DNA from: Candidatus Wukongarchaeum yapensis
Lineage (GTDB): Archaea > Asgardarchaeota > Wukongarchaeia > Wukongarchaeales > Wukongarchaeaceae
DNA length: 27,598 nucleotides
Assembly (NCBI GenBank): GCA_016840425.1
Contig: JAEOSI010000002.1
Location: 1-27,598, forward strand
Reading direction: 5' to 3'
A program made the translations under genes and the position numbers. Each line of letters begins with the position of its first letter. Position 1 is the stretch's first letter. The notes below the pieces were generated by a model. That model was given only the letters and a program-made list of their open reading frames with translations. It made no database searches and was not told the DNA's origin. Shown here in pieces: positions 8,066-16,328 of this stretch.

Positions 8066-8241
8066 AATTGCGATAGGTTTATATATTTTTTATCCTGTTT
8101 GGTATTTGGGGTAAAAATGGATAAAAAGGATAAGGTTAAGATTTCCATCCACAGATAAGTTGCCAATTGAATATAACGGCTATTTTGCGAACTTTTTATT
8201 CGTTTATCACCTTGCTAGTGCCACTATACCCATCGTTTAAC

Positions 8242-8919
8242 TTATATTTTCTTTGCTGTAACAATCTCAATTGGTAATTTCCACATAGATATTACTGTTA
8301 CATCAAGGAGTTGAAAACCAGCATCTTCTATCATCTTTTGAACAAAAATAGGTCGGCAATCAACATAACTCGGAAACTTTTCGTGCATCCATTCATAGAG
8401 CTTCATCATCAGTCCGGTCTTTCCCTTTTTAGACATTGCCACAACACAGATACGCCCTTTGTTTCGAAGAACTCTTTGGCATTCATGCAAGACAATCGGA
8501 ATTTCCGGTGTATCGAAAAGTTCTAGTGTGAAACTCATAAAAATTGCGTCAAAGAAGTTCGCTTCGAAAGGAAGTTTAGCGGCGTCGCCACACATCAACT
8601 CTACTCTTTCCGATAATCCCGCTTTCTTAACTCTCGATCGGGTGATGTTGCACATTCCTTCCGATATATCAATTCCATAAACCTTGCCTGAATTGCCGAC
8701 TGATTGAGCCAAAGCTAGTATGCAATGTCCGGTGCCAAATCCGATTTCAAGAACTATCTCTCCTTCCTTAGCATTTAGCTTTTCCAAGCCAGCGTCTCTA
8801 TATTTCTTCTCGAAGCAACCAGACAGTATATCATACCATTTACTCATCTTATCGTAACTGGCTTTGGCTTCTTCCTTAGACCTTATGACTCTACTTATTT
8901 GTGTTTCATTTTGGGGCAT
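8242..8919 (-). CDS. Class I SAM-dependent methyltransferase (UbiE-like)
   Basis: VLEIGFGTG, VYGIDISEGM, GDAAKLPFEANFFDAIF and ECQRVLRNKG. ATG at 8919 preferred over the TTG at 8964. Confidence 0.92.
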   Translation of the reverse strand: MPQNETQISRVIRSKEEAKASYDKMSKWYDILSGCFEKKYRDAGLEKLNAKEGEIVLEIGFGTGHCILALAQSVGNSGKVYGIDISEGMCNITRSRVKKAGLSERVELMCGDAAKLPFEANFFDAIFMSFTLELFDTPEIPIVLHECQRVLRNKGRICVVAMSKKGKTGLMMKLYEWMHEKFPSYVDCRPIFVQKMIEDAGFQLLDVTVISMWKLPIEIVTAKKI

Positions 8920-9059
8920 ATTTTTTTCGCCTAAGGATTTTTTTGTGTCTTTTGGGTTTTGCAACTTTTTCGAATTTGAAAAGGAAAGCGAAAACTATAA
9001 AGTTGTAGTTTTGGAATAGATTTTGTGTTTTATGAGGTTATTTTCCAAAGTAGATAGAT

Positions 9060-9773
9060 GTGAGTTATATGGGTGATATGAGGTCTCTTGCTTTTATAGT
9101 GGGTACTTCCTTGTTTGAGTCTAAAATCTTTGAAATGTTTGAACTTGTATCTGTGGCAACTGAGTATGGAGAAGTCAGTTTATACCGGGATAACCGTTTT
9201 ATTATGGTGCCAAGACATAGCGTGAAAAAGAATATTCCCCCGCATAGAATAAACTATAAAGCGAACATATCAGCTCTAAAAAAGTTTGATGTAGAAAGGA
9301 TTGTAGCGATAAACTCTGGGGGCAGTCTTAAAAAAGAGATTGCACCGGGAATGTTAGTGGTTCCTCATGATTATATCAATCCTTGGAGAATCCAGACCTT
9401 CTTTGATAGCGAAATACGTCACATTATTCCAAGCTTAGATGAGGAGACGCGGAAATTCATAATAAGCCGTGTTAAAAAAGTGGGCGGAGATGTTGTTGAA
9501 AGAGGTGTTTACATCCAAACTACGGGTCCTCGTCTTGAAACTAGGGCGGAGATAAACTTTTTGAAAAATTTCGGCCACATTGTGGGGATGACTATGGCAA
9601 ATGAGGCTACTCTCTCAAAAGAAGCCGATATTCCTTATGCCGCTTTATGTTCTGTCGACAACTACTGTCATGGAATAGTTGAAGAAGAGTTAACCTATGA
9701 GAAAATAAGAGAGGCCTCAAAAAGAAGCCTTAGCATCATAGAAGCCTTCATAAAAAACATAATCCAAAAATAG
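9060..9773 (+). CDS. mtnP: MTAP-family purine nucleoside phosphorylase, probably 5'-methylthioinosine-specific
   Basis: PRH, PPHRINYKANI, GPRLETRAE, VGMTMANE and SVDNY motifs. The start could be 9060 (GTG), 9069 or 9078. Confidence 0.9.
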   Translation: MSYMGDMRSLAFIVGTSLFESKIFEMFELVSVATEYGEVSLYRDNRFIMVPRHSVKKNIPPHRINYKANISALKKFDVERIVAINSGGSLKKEIAPGMLVVPHDYINPWRIQTFFDSEIRHIIPSLDEETRKFIISRVKKVGGDVVERGVYIQTTGPRLETRAEINFLKNFGHIVGMTMANEATLSKEADIPYAALCSVDNYCHGIVEEELTYEKIREASKRSLSIIEAFIKNIIQK

Positions 9774-9842
9774 GTAGTAGAATTTTTTAAAGATTTCATT
9801 TTCTTTTTTGTTGTTTTTTGTTTTGTGTGTGGTGTTAGGACG

Positions 9843-11105
9843 ATGGGTAGTAGCAGTATTCTGATTAAAAATGTGTTTTTTGACGGCAAAATTACTAACA
9901 TCTATATTGAGGACGATAAGATTGTTGAGATCGGGGGTCCTAAAGTAGAAGCTGAGGCGGTTATAGATGGAAGGGATAAGGCTGCTATTCCTTCATTTTT
10001 TAACGCTCACACCCACGCTGCAATGACCTTGTTTCGGGGTTATGGAGACGATTTACCGCTACAAGAGTGGCTTGAAACAAAAATCTGGCCCACAGAAGCT
10101 AAGTTGACCGAAGAAGACGTTTATGTTGGCGCAAAATTGGCTTGTTTAGAGATGATAAAATCTGGCACCACTTTTTTTAACGACATGTACTGGCATCTTC
10201 GAGGTTCTTTAAGGGCCGTTGATGAGGCGGGGATAAGGGCTGCTTTAAGCAGCGTGGTCATAGATCTTTTCAACCCTGAAAAAGCTGAAGAACAGAAGAA
10301 AATGGTGAAAGAAGAGTTTGAGAAGTATAAAGATTTTAGTGAAAGAATACAGATTGTTTTAGGTCCTCACGCGATCTACACGGTGTCTAAAGAAACCTTA
10401 GAGTGGACCGCTGAATTCGCTGAGAAAAACAACCTGTTAATACACTTTCATTTAAGTGAGACAAAAAAAGAGGTAGATGACTGTATAAAACAGTATGGAA
10501 AGAGGCCTGTGGAATATCTTGATGATATTGGTTTTCTTAGTGAAAGGTTTATTGCTTGTCACTCGGTATGGTTAAGTGAGAGGGAGATAGAGTTGCTGGC
10601 AAAGAATGATGTTACCGTTGTCAATAATCCTACGAGTAACATGAAACTTTCCGTTGGGGACTATTTCAAATACCAGGATCTTAAAAAAGCCGGTCTTAAC
10701 ATTTGCTTGGGAACAGATGGTTGTGCTTCAAATAACAGCCTTGATATGTTTGGGGAGATGAAGTTTGCAGCACTTTTACAAAAATTTGGCGCAAATAACC
10801 CGACAGAAATCTCAGCAAAAGAAGTTTTTGATTTAGCCACGATAAACGGCGCAAAGGCTTTTCGTGTTGACGCAGGAGTTATAAGGGAGGAGAAAAAAGC
10901 AGATCTCCTACTCGTCGACTTAAAGAGACCTGAAATGACACCGCTACACGATCTCACCTCAAACATAGTTTACTCAGCAAACGCATACTGTGTTGATACA
11001 ACAATCTGTGACGGCAAAATCCTCATGCAAAACAGGAAAGTCGAATGGGAAAACGAGATAATAGAAAACGCAGAAAAAGTTGCCCAAGACTTGGTTAGAC
11101 GATGA
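9843..11105 (+). CDS. mtaD: 5'-methylthioadenosine / SAH / 5'-deoxyadenosine deaminase (amidohydrolase)
   Basis: NAHTHAAMTLFRG, PHAIY, HFHLSET, HSVWLS, NPTSNMKL and LGTDGCASNNSLDM. Follows the phosphorylase gene. Confidence 0.9.
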   Translation: MGSSSILIKNVFFDGKITNIYIEDDKIVEIGGPKVEAEAVIDGRDKAAIPSFFNAHTHAAMTLFRGYGDDLPLQEWLETKIWPTEAKLTEEDVYVGAKLACLEMIKSGTTFFNDMYWHLRGSLRAVDEAGIRAALSSVVIDLFNPEKAEEQKKMVKEEFEKYKDFSERIQIVLGPHAIYTVSKETLEWTAEFAEKNNLLIHFHLSETKKEVDDCIKQYGKRPVEYLDDIGFLSERFIACHSVWLSEREIELLAKNDVTVVNNPTSNMKLSVGDYFKYQDLKKAGLNICLGTDGCASNNSLDMFGEMKFAALLQKFGANNPTEISAKEVFDLATINGAKAFRVDAGVIREEKKADLLLVDLKRPEMTPLHDLTSNIVYSANAYCVDTTICDGKILMQNRKVEWENEIIENAEKVAQDLVRR

Positions 11106-11153
11106 GATATCTGCTTTTTTTGCTTGTATGAGATCTCGTCTAATGTCGGAACT

Positions 11154-11250
11154 AATTATTAATTTTGGCTTAAAAAAATATCAAAAATTATTAAAAATCA
11201 TAGGAAGATTTATTAAGGATACTTCACCTTACTTTTTTTAGGTGGTTTGT
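11154..11250 (+). promoter_or_regulatory. Promoter/operator copy A upstream of znuA
   Basis: TATA-like TTTATTAA at about 11209 preceded by a purine-rich BRE. Homologous to 12759-12856, including an exact 22-mer. Confidence 0.7.
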
Positions 11251-11299
11251 TTTAGCCGTTTCTATCACCAGGTTATTGCATATTAAGGAGGTAACAAAA

Positions 11300-12388
11300 A
11301 TCAAAAAGAGTGCTAATAGGATGATTTTTATGCTTCTGTTGGTGACGCTAATTTTTGTACCTCTTGTTCCTAGAAACACAGCGGTTCAAGCCGACACTGA
11401 TACAAAGCAAACGTCACCGAAAAACGGCACACTAAAGGTAGTGACAACGATTTCATTTGTCGAGGATTGGGCCAGCCAAATCGGAGAAGAGTTGTGGGCA
11501 GTTGAAAGCATCGTAACAGGCTTAGAAAACCCGCATACTTATGAACCTACTCCCTCCGAAATCGAGGCGGTAGCAAACTGCGATCTGTTCATTCGTATGG
11601 GATTAGAAGGTCTAGAGCCTTGGGTTGAATCAACTATTGATGCCACAGGACTTTCCGACGAAAAAATTGTCACGCTAGTGGAACAGTCTATGATTGAATA
11701 TGATGATGTGATTGGGAGTAATAACCCTCATGTCTGGATGAGCCCAGAGATCGTGAAAAATATGACGGAAAAAATCTACGATAAGTGTGTAGAAGTAGAT
11801 CCCGTCAACCAAGTGACCTACTTAGCAAATCTTAACAGTTATCATGCGGATTTAGATGCTCTATTAGACCGAATTGAAGGTAACAAAACCGCCAATTTTG
11901 ACGGAATGAAAGTCGTAGTTCATCATCCCTCGTTCAAATATCTTTTTGACCTCTTGGGCATTGAGCGGGTAGCATCCATCGAAGAGCAAGCAGGATCAGA
12001 ACCATCCGCCGAACATATAGCAGATGTCATTAAAAAAATGGAGGACGAAGATGTCAAAGTAATCGTGCATCAACCCCAGCTCGAGGACGATAAAGTAAAC
12101 GAAATCGCTCGAGATACCGGGGCAAAAATAGCGCTTTTAACCCCCTTACTAGGAGTCAAATGGGAAGAACTTGTAGTTGAACCTGAAGAACTTGGACTTG
12201 ATCCCGGAACAGAGATTCTTGACAAATATATAGACATGATCGACTATGACCTCATCGCTTTAGCTAATCCCTATGATCCGCCCGAAAAAGAAGCCATAAA
12301 CACATGGGTACTCGCAGGCATAGGCATAGTGACTATTGCTGTAATAATGCTCGTTTTTATATATTTCAGGTCGAGAAGACCAGTATAA
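11300..12388 (+). CDS. znuA: Metal ABC transporter substrate-binding protein (TroA/ZnuA cluster A-I) with C-terminal TM anchor
   Basis: ENPHTYEP, NPHVW and VHHPSFKY metal-ligand motifs, an N-terminal signal-like segment and a C-terminal hydrophobic helix followed by RSRR. The start is inferred at ATC 11300 from the SD position; the alternative is ATG 11321. Metal specificity is not established. Confidence 0.92.
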   Translation: MKKSANRMIFMLLLVTLIFVPLVPRNTAVQADTDTKQTSPKNGTLKVVTTISFVEDWASQIGEELWAVESIVTGLENPHTYEPTPSEIEAVANCDLFIRMGLEGLEPWVESTIDATGLSDEKIVTLVEQSMIEYDDVIGSNNPHVWMSPEIVKNMTEKIYDKCVEVDPVNQVTYLANLNSYHADLDALLDRIEGNKTANFDGMKVVVHHPSFKYLFDLLGIERVASIEEQAGSEPSAEHIADVIKKMEDEDVKVIVHQPQLEDDKVNEIARDTGAKIALLTPLLGVKWEELVVEPEELGLDPGTEILDKYIDMIDYDLIALANPYDPPEKEAINTWVLAGIGIVTIAVIMLVFIYFRSRRPV

Positions 12389-12589
12389 GAAAAGTAAGTA
12401 AAAAACTAAAGTTTCGATCTCTCCTTGTAAACATCTCCTTTAACAAAAGGTGAATCTCCTTTCCTTTCTTTTTTACCTATTATATTCAGCAACTACGACC
12501 ATTGAAGTGATAGGCCAATAAAAAAGATCCCCCGCATCCCAAAAAAAGGACCAAATAAGGGCTCTTTGTTCCTTTTAAATCTAAGTTCT

Positions 12590-12760
12590 TCGGTAATACC
12601 TTTTATTTCGTCAAAATCTGAATCAAAGGATATGATTTCTGAACCATTTTTATGAGCGATTTTGGCATTAACAGCGAGGTAAGGGATTATTTCTGCAGGT
12701 TTTATGGGCTTGCAAATGGCTGTTTTCAGCGGCTTAAGATCTTATCTGATGTTGGAACAA
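12590..12760 (-). pseudogene. PIN-domain (VapC-like) toxin C-terminal relic
   Basis: The minus frame reads AVNAKIAHKNGSEIISFDSDFDEIKGI, the PIN tail motif I.SFD.DFD.I.GI. Upstream sequence is frameshifted and contains stops. Confidence 0.7.
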
Positions 12761-12856
12761 TTATTAATTTACGGTTGAAAAAATATCAAAAATTATTAAT
12801 AATAATAGAAAAGTTTATTAAAGATGTTTCGCCCTCTTTTTTTTGAGGGGTGGTTT
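12759..12856 (+). promoter_or_regulatory. Promoter/operator copy B upstream of znuB-znuC
   Basis: Diverged duplicate of 11154-11250: shares AATTATTAATTT, the exact AAAAAATATCAAAAATTATTAA, TTTATTAA and T-tract+GGTGGTTT. Confidence 0.7.
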
Positions 12857-13002
12857 TTATTATACAAAAAACACGGGAAAAGGGAGTGATGTTAGTTGAT
12901 TTTGAAGAAGGAATTAGAAGGTTACAGAAATAACGATCTAGAAAGAAGATATTGTTATTTCTTTACCATAGGATTTATCCTATAAGGAGATGATTGTAAA
13001 GA

Positions 13003-14001
13003 ATGACGGATTTTTTACATTTTTTCAATGCTTTGAGGAAATATGCATTTTTACAACGAGCATTGGTTTCAGCAGTCGTCGTCGGTATCATATGTTCTCT
13101 CATCGGCGTATTCATACTTTTACGCAGAATGGTGTTCCTAGGACAAGGCATTGCTCACTCCGCCTTCGCAGGAGCCGCATTGGGTCTCTTGCTGGGAATC
13201 GATCCTCTGCTTACCATTCTCCTGTTTTCTGTCTTTTCAGCCATTAGTATTGGGTATGTAGAAGAGAAAAAACTAGTAGAAAGCGAAGTCATGATAGGCG
13301 TAATTTTTTCCTTCTTCATGGCGCTTGCTATTTTGTTTATTGGCATGATGGAAGTTTATAGCACTGATGTTATCTCTATTCTTTTCGGGAATATTCTGAT
13401 TATTACTCAAGAAAGACTTATTCTTTTCCTCATATTTTCTGCTATGATTCTTTTGTTGTTGTTTATGATCAAGAAAGAACTGTTCTTTATGACTTTTGAC
13501 ATAGAGCTAGCGGAAGTCTCAGGAGTCCCAGTACGTTTTCTAACCTACTTGTTTTTAGTCATGGTTTCCGTGACCATATCCGTTTCCTTAAGAGCTATAG
13601 GGGCAATTCTGGTTTTTGCGATGATTATAACCCCCGCAGCAGCGGCTTACCAGTGGACTTATCATCTCAATAGGATGATGATCTTGTCTGTGTTCTTCGG
13701 CGTGTTCTCAGCAGTTTTCGGGTTATATCTTTCCTACACCTTTGATCTGCCTTCTGGATCCACGATAGTATCAGCAGTCACTGCAATCTTCGTAATATCA
13801 TTCCTTTTTTCTCCGAAAAGAATGGCTTCAAAAAGAACCATCCAGGAATGCCCCTACTGTAAGGATTACCTTTTGGAAGGAGAAGAATGCCAGAGGCCTG
13901 AATGTATAGCTGCTGGCATTCTACACAGGCACATAGATCACGAGATCAGCATCGATAAAAAACACCTCCCCAAAAAAAAGCCTACTAAACACGATCATTA
14001 A
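13003..14001 (+). CDS. znuB: Metal ABC transporter permease (ZnuB/MntB) with a Cys/His-rich C-terminal extension
   Basis: GQGIAHSAFAG, ILFGNIL, FDIELAEVSG and IGAILVFAMIITPAAAA. Tail CPYC-x9-CQRPEC followed by six His. Confidence 0.95.
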   Translation: MTDFLHFFNALRKYAFLQRALVSAVVVGIICSLIGVFILLRRMVFLGQGIAHSAFAGAALGLLLGIDPLLTILLFSVFSAISIGYVEEKKLVESEVMIGVIFSFFMALAILFIGMMEVYSTDVISILFGNILIITQERLILFLIFSAMILLLLFMIKKELFFMTFDIELAEVSGVPVRFLTYLFLVMVSVTISVSLRAIGAILVFAMIITPAAAAYQWTYHLNRMMILSVFFGVFSAVFGLYLSYTFDLPSGSTIVSAVTAIFVISFLFSPKRMASKRTIQECPYCKDYLLEGEECQRPECIAAGILHRHIDHEISIDKKHLPKKKPTKHDH

Positions 14002-14034
14002 CAGCCCAAAAATTAGGAAAAAGGAGAGTTTTAG

Positions 14035-14814
14035 TTGACTATAACCAAACAAAAAGTTAAAGAAACCATTTATCAACCCCTAGAGAAAGGGGAGCCAGTA
14101 ATATGTCTACAGGATGTTGCAGTAGCTTATCAAGCGAATGTCGCGATTTTTGACATAAACTTGGATGTTTATCCAGGTGAATGCCTTGGAATCGTAGGGC
14201 CCAATGCCTCGGGAAAAACCACTTTATTAAAAACCATCCTTGGGGCTCTTAAACCCATTCAAGGGTCTGTTCAGATCTTCGGAGACAAGTTCTCACCAAA
14301 AACTTCGCACATGATCCGCTCCAAAATCTCTTATATACCTCAGCTTCAAGCTATCGATCGAAACTTTCCTGCCTTAGTAGAAGATGTTGTAGCAATGGGT
14401 CGATACTCGAAAGCTGGGCTCTTTAGACCCCTCAACTCAGAAGACTGGGAAAAGATCTATGAAGCTCTGGAAGCAGTAGGGATGAAAAAGTTAGCCAAAC
14501 GACCCATCGGACATCTTAGCGGCGGACAACAACAGAAAGTCATGATCGCCCGAGCTCTAGCCAATGAACCAGAAATCCTACTGCTAGACGAACCAACGAC
14601 CGCCCTAGACTTTAAAATGGTGAGATCTGTGGTTGATTTGGTTAAAAAACTTCACGAGGAAAGAGAACTCACCATAGTCATAGTAAGCCATGATATCAAG
14701 CTATTGAGGGAATACTGTACGAGAATAGCCGCCATGGATAAGAAAATCGTCTGGAAAGGAGACCCGCACGATCCCGACCTAGATATTATAATCGAGGAGA
14801 TATTTTTACGCTAA
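14035..14814 (+). CDS. znuC: Metal ABC transporter ATPase (ZnuC/MntA)
   Basis: Walker A GPNASGKT, LSGGQQQ, LLLDEPT and the SHD switch. TTG start after GGAG. Confidence 0.95.
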   Translation: MTITKQKVKETIYQPLEKGEPVICLQDVAVAYQANVAIFDINLDVYPGECLGIVGPNASGKTTLLKTILGALKPIQGSVQIFGDKFSPKTSHMIRSKISYIPQLQAIDRNFPALVEDVVAMGRYSKAGLFRPLNSEDWEKIYEALEAVGMKKLAKRPIGHLSGGQQQKVMIARALANEPEILLLDEPTTALDFKMVRSVVDLVKKLHEERELTIVIVSHDIKLLREYCTRIAAMDKKIVWKGDPHDPDLDIIIEEIFLR

Positions 14815-15051
14815 ACTTTTAAAACAGAGAACTAATCAAGTCAACTGGTCTAATCTGGTTAAGAATGGTATGCTTTTATAAAATGCTGGGAGAATTCGCG
14901 ATAATACACTGCAAATATAAATCATTAGAAGAGGGCTTCCTAAAAATATTTAAGAAACGCATGGTTCTTCCCCTTGCAAAACCCTCTAAAAAACATAAAA
15001 ACCGGAAAAACTTCACTACAAAAGAGTTACTGCGAAAAGAGGTATTAGAAA

Positions 15052-15495
15052 TTGAGTTCAAAAAAATATGAGAAAAATAGGAAAGAAACTAATGAAGAAA
15101 AAAAGGCCGAAATAATTTCATTAAGCCTCCCACAAACCCTTATTGATCAAATCGACAACATTCAAAACGATATAGGATTTTCAAGCAGGTCTGAGGTAAT
15201 AAGAAATGCCATAAGATCATACATATCCGAACTACGCGCCGAAGAAGTCATCGACGGCCTCCTAGAAGGCGCTATAATAACCTCCTATAACTTAAAAGCC
15301 GGAGCAGGCCTGTCAGAGATCAAACACAACCAACTCCCCTTAATCCGAGCATTTCTACACTCACACTTCGCCAATACGGACAAATGTTTAGAAATCCTAG
15401 TAGTATCCGGCCCAAATGAAAAAATAAAAAACCTAATCAAAGCCATAAAATCCCAAAAAGGAGTAGAACTAGTAAAATTCACCTTAATCCCCTAA
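15052..15495 (+). CDS. nikR: NikR-family ribbon-helix-helix metalloregulator
   Basis: RHH domain IISLSLP..L...D......GFSSRSEVIRNAIR and C-domain IKH...LHSHF..DKCLE with the His/His/His/Cys ligand set. TTG start after GAGGT; no internal Met. Confidence 0.92.
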   Translation: MSSKKYEKNRKETNEEKKAEIISLSLPQTLIDQIDNIQNDIGFSSRSEVIRNAIRSYISELRAEEVIDGLLEGAIITSYNLKAGAGLSEIKHNQLPLIRAFLHSHFANTDKCLEILVVSGPNEKIKNLIKAIKSQKGVELVKFTLIP

Positions 15496-15606
15496 GAAAG
15501 ACCAAAATTGGAAGGATATATAGGCTTATTCATTCTTCACTTTTAAAAAATCAAAATCACCTGATAGGCTTAAAGAAAGAGAAATGAAATTTAAATTAAT
15601 CTAAAT

Positions 15607-16269
15607 TTAAATTTGCTGAAGCCACTCCAGAAAATCAGCAGTTCCAGCCTTTTCTATTAAATCTTTAATAGAAGCCTTTTTTAAAAAATAGCGAAAAACT
15701 GCGCCATATTTTTTATAGCTTCTTCTTTCATTACTTCTTACGATTTCCCAAATTTCTTTAGGACCTAATTCAAAAGAATAATTTTCAAACTGCCCAGCAG
15801 CGTATATAGCAAATCCTTCAAAAAACCAAATAGGTCCCATAGCATCTTCATTTCCATCAAGAATTCGAATATGAAGACTATGCGCAATTTCGTGGGCTAT
15901 CAATTTTTCAAAATATTTATCCTCAATACCTTCAGGATAGTTTTGAGCGTATAACTCAGGAGAGACAGAAATGATTACTCTTTTTTCTAACACTGCAGAA
16001 TATGTTTTTGGAATCTCAACCGAAGGAGCTGTCCTAGTAAGCCTAATAAGTGCTTGATCAAACTCTACTTTATTATCATAAATTTCTGCACGATCAGCAA
16101 AACTCTCTTTTGTTAAGTGCTTCCAACCATATTGCTTAGCAAAATCCCGTATACGTCTTTGAGAAGATATTAGTGCTTGTTCTAGTTCGCTCCTTTGTGT
16201 TTCAAGAGATTTAGACAGAATGAGCGGTATTTTATAAACACATTCTTCAATCATTAATGGCTTCTTCAT
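15607..16269 (-). CDS. Hypothetical gluzincin-type metallopeptidase domain protein
   Basis: AHEIAH (HExxH) followed by WFFEGFAIY. No obvious signal peptide. Confidence 0.7.
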   Translation of the reverse strand: MKKPLMIEECVYKIPLILSKSLETQRSELEQALISSQRRIRDFAKQYGWKHLTKESFADRAEIYDNKVEFDQALIRLTRTAPSVEIPKTYSAVLEKRVIISVSPELYAQNYPEGIEDKYFEKLIAHEIAHSLHIRILDGNEDAMGPIWFFEGFAIYAAGQFENYSFELGPKEIWEIVRSNERRSYKKYGAVFRYFLKKASIKDLIEKAGTADFLEWLQQI

Positions 16270-16328
16270 CGATCAACCCCTTATATCAAAATATTTGCAA
16301 TATCTAAAAAAGATGATTTAAAATTAAA

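Noticed and set aside
8117-8158. MDKKDKVKISIHR*, resembling the start of an RHH antitoxin
   Set aside because: Only 13 codons, and similarity does not continue in any frame.
14902-14926. TAATA-N15-TCATT as a third NikR site upstream of nikR
   Set aside because: Spacing and half-sites differ from the two znu copies, and the match is too weak in AT-rich DNA.
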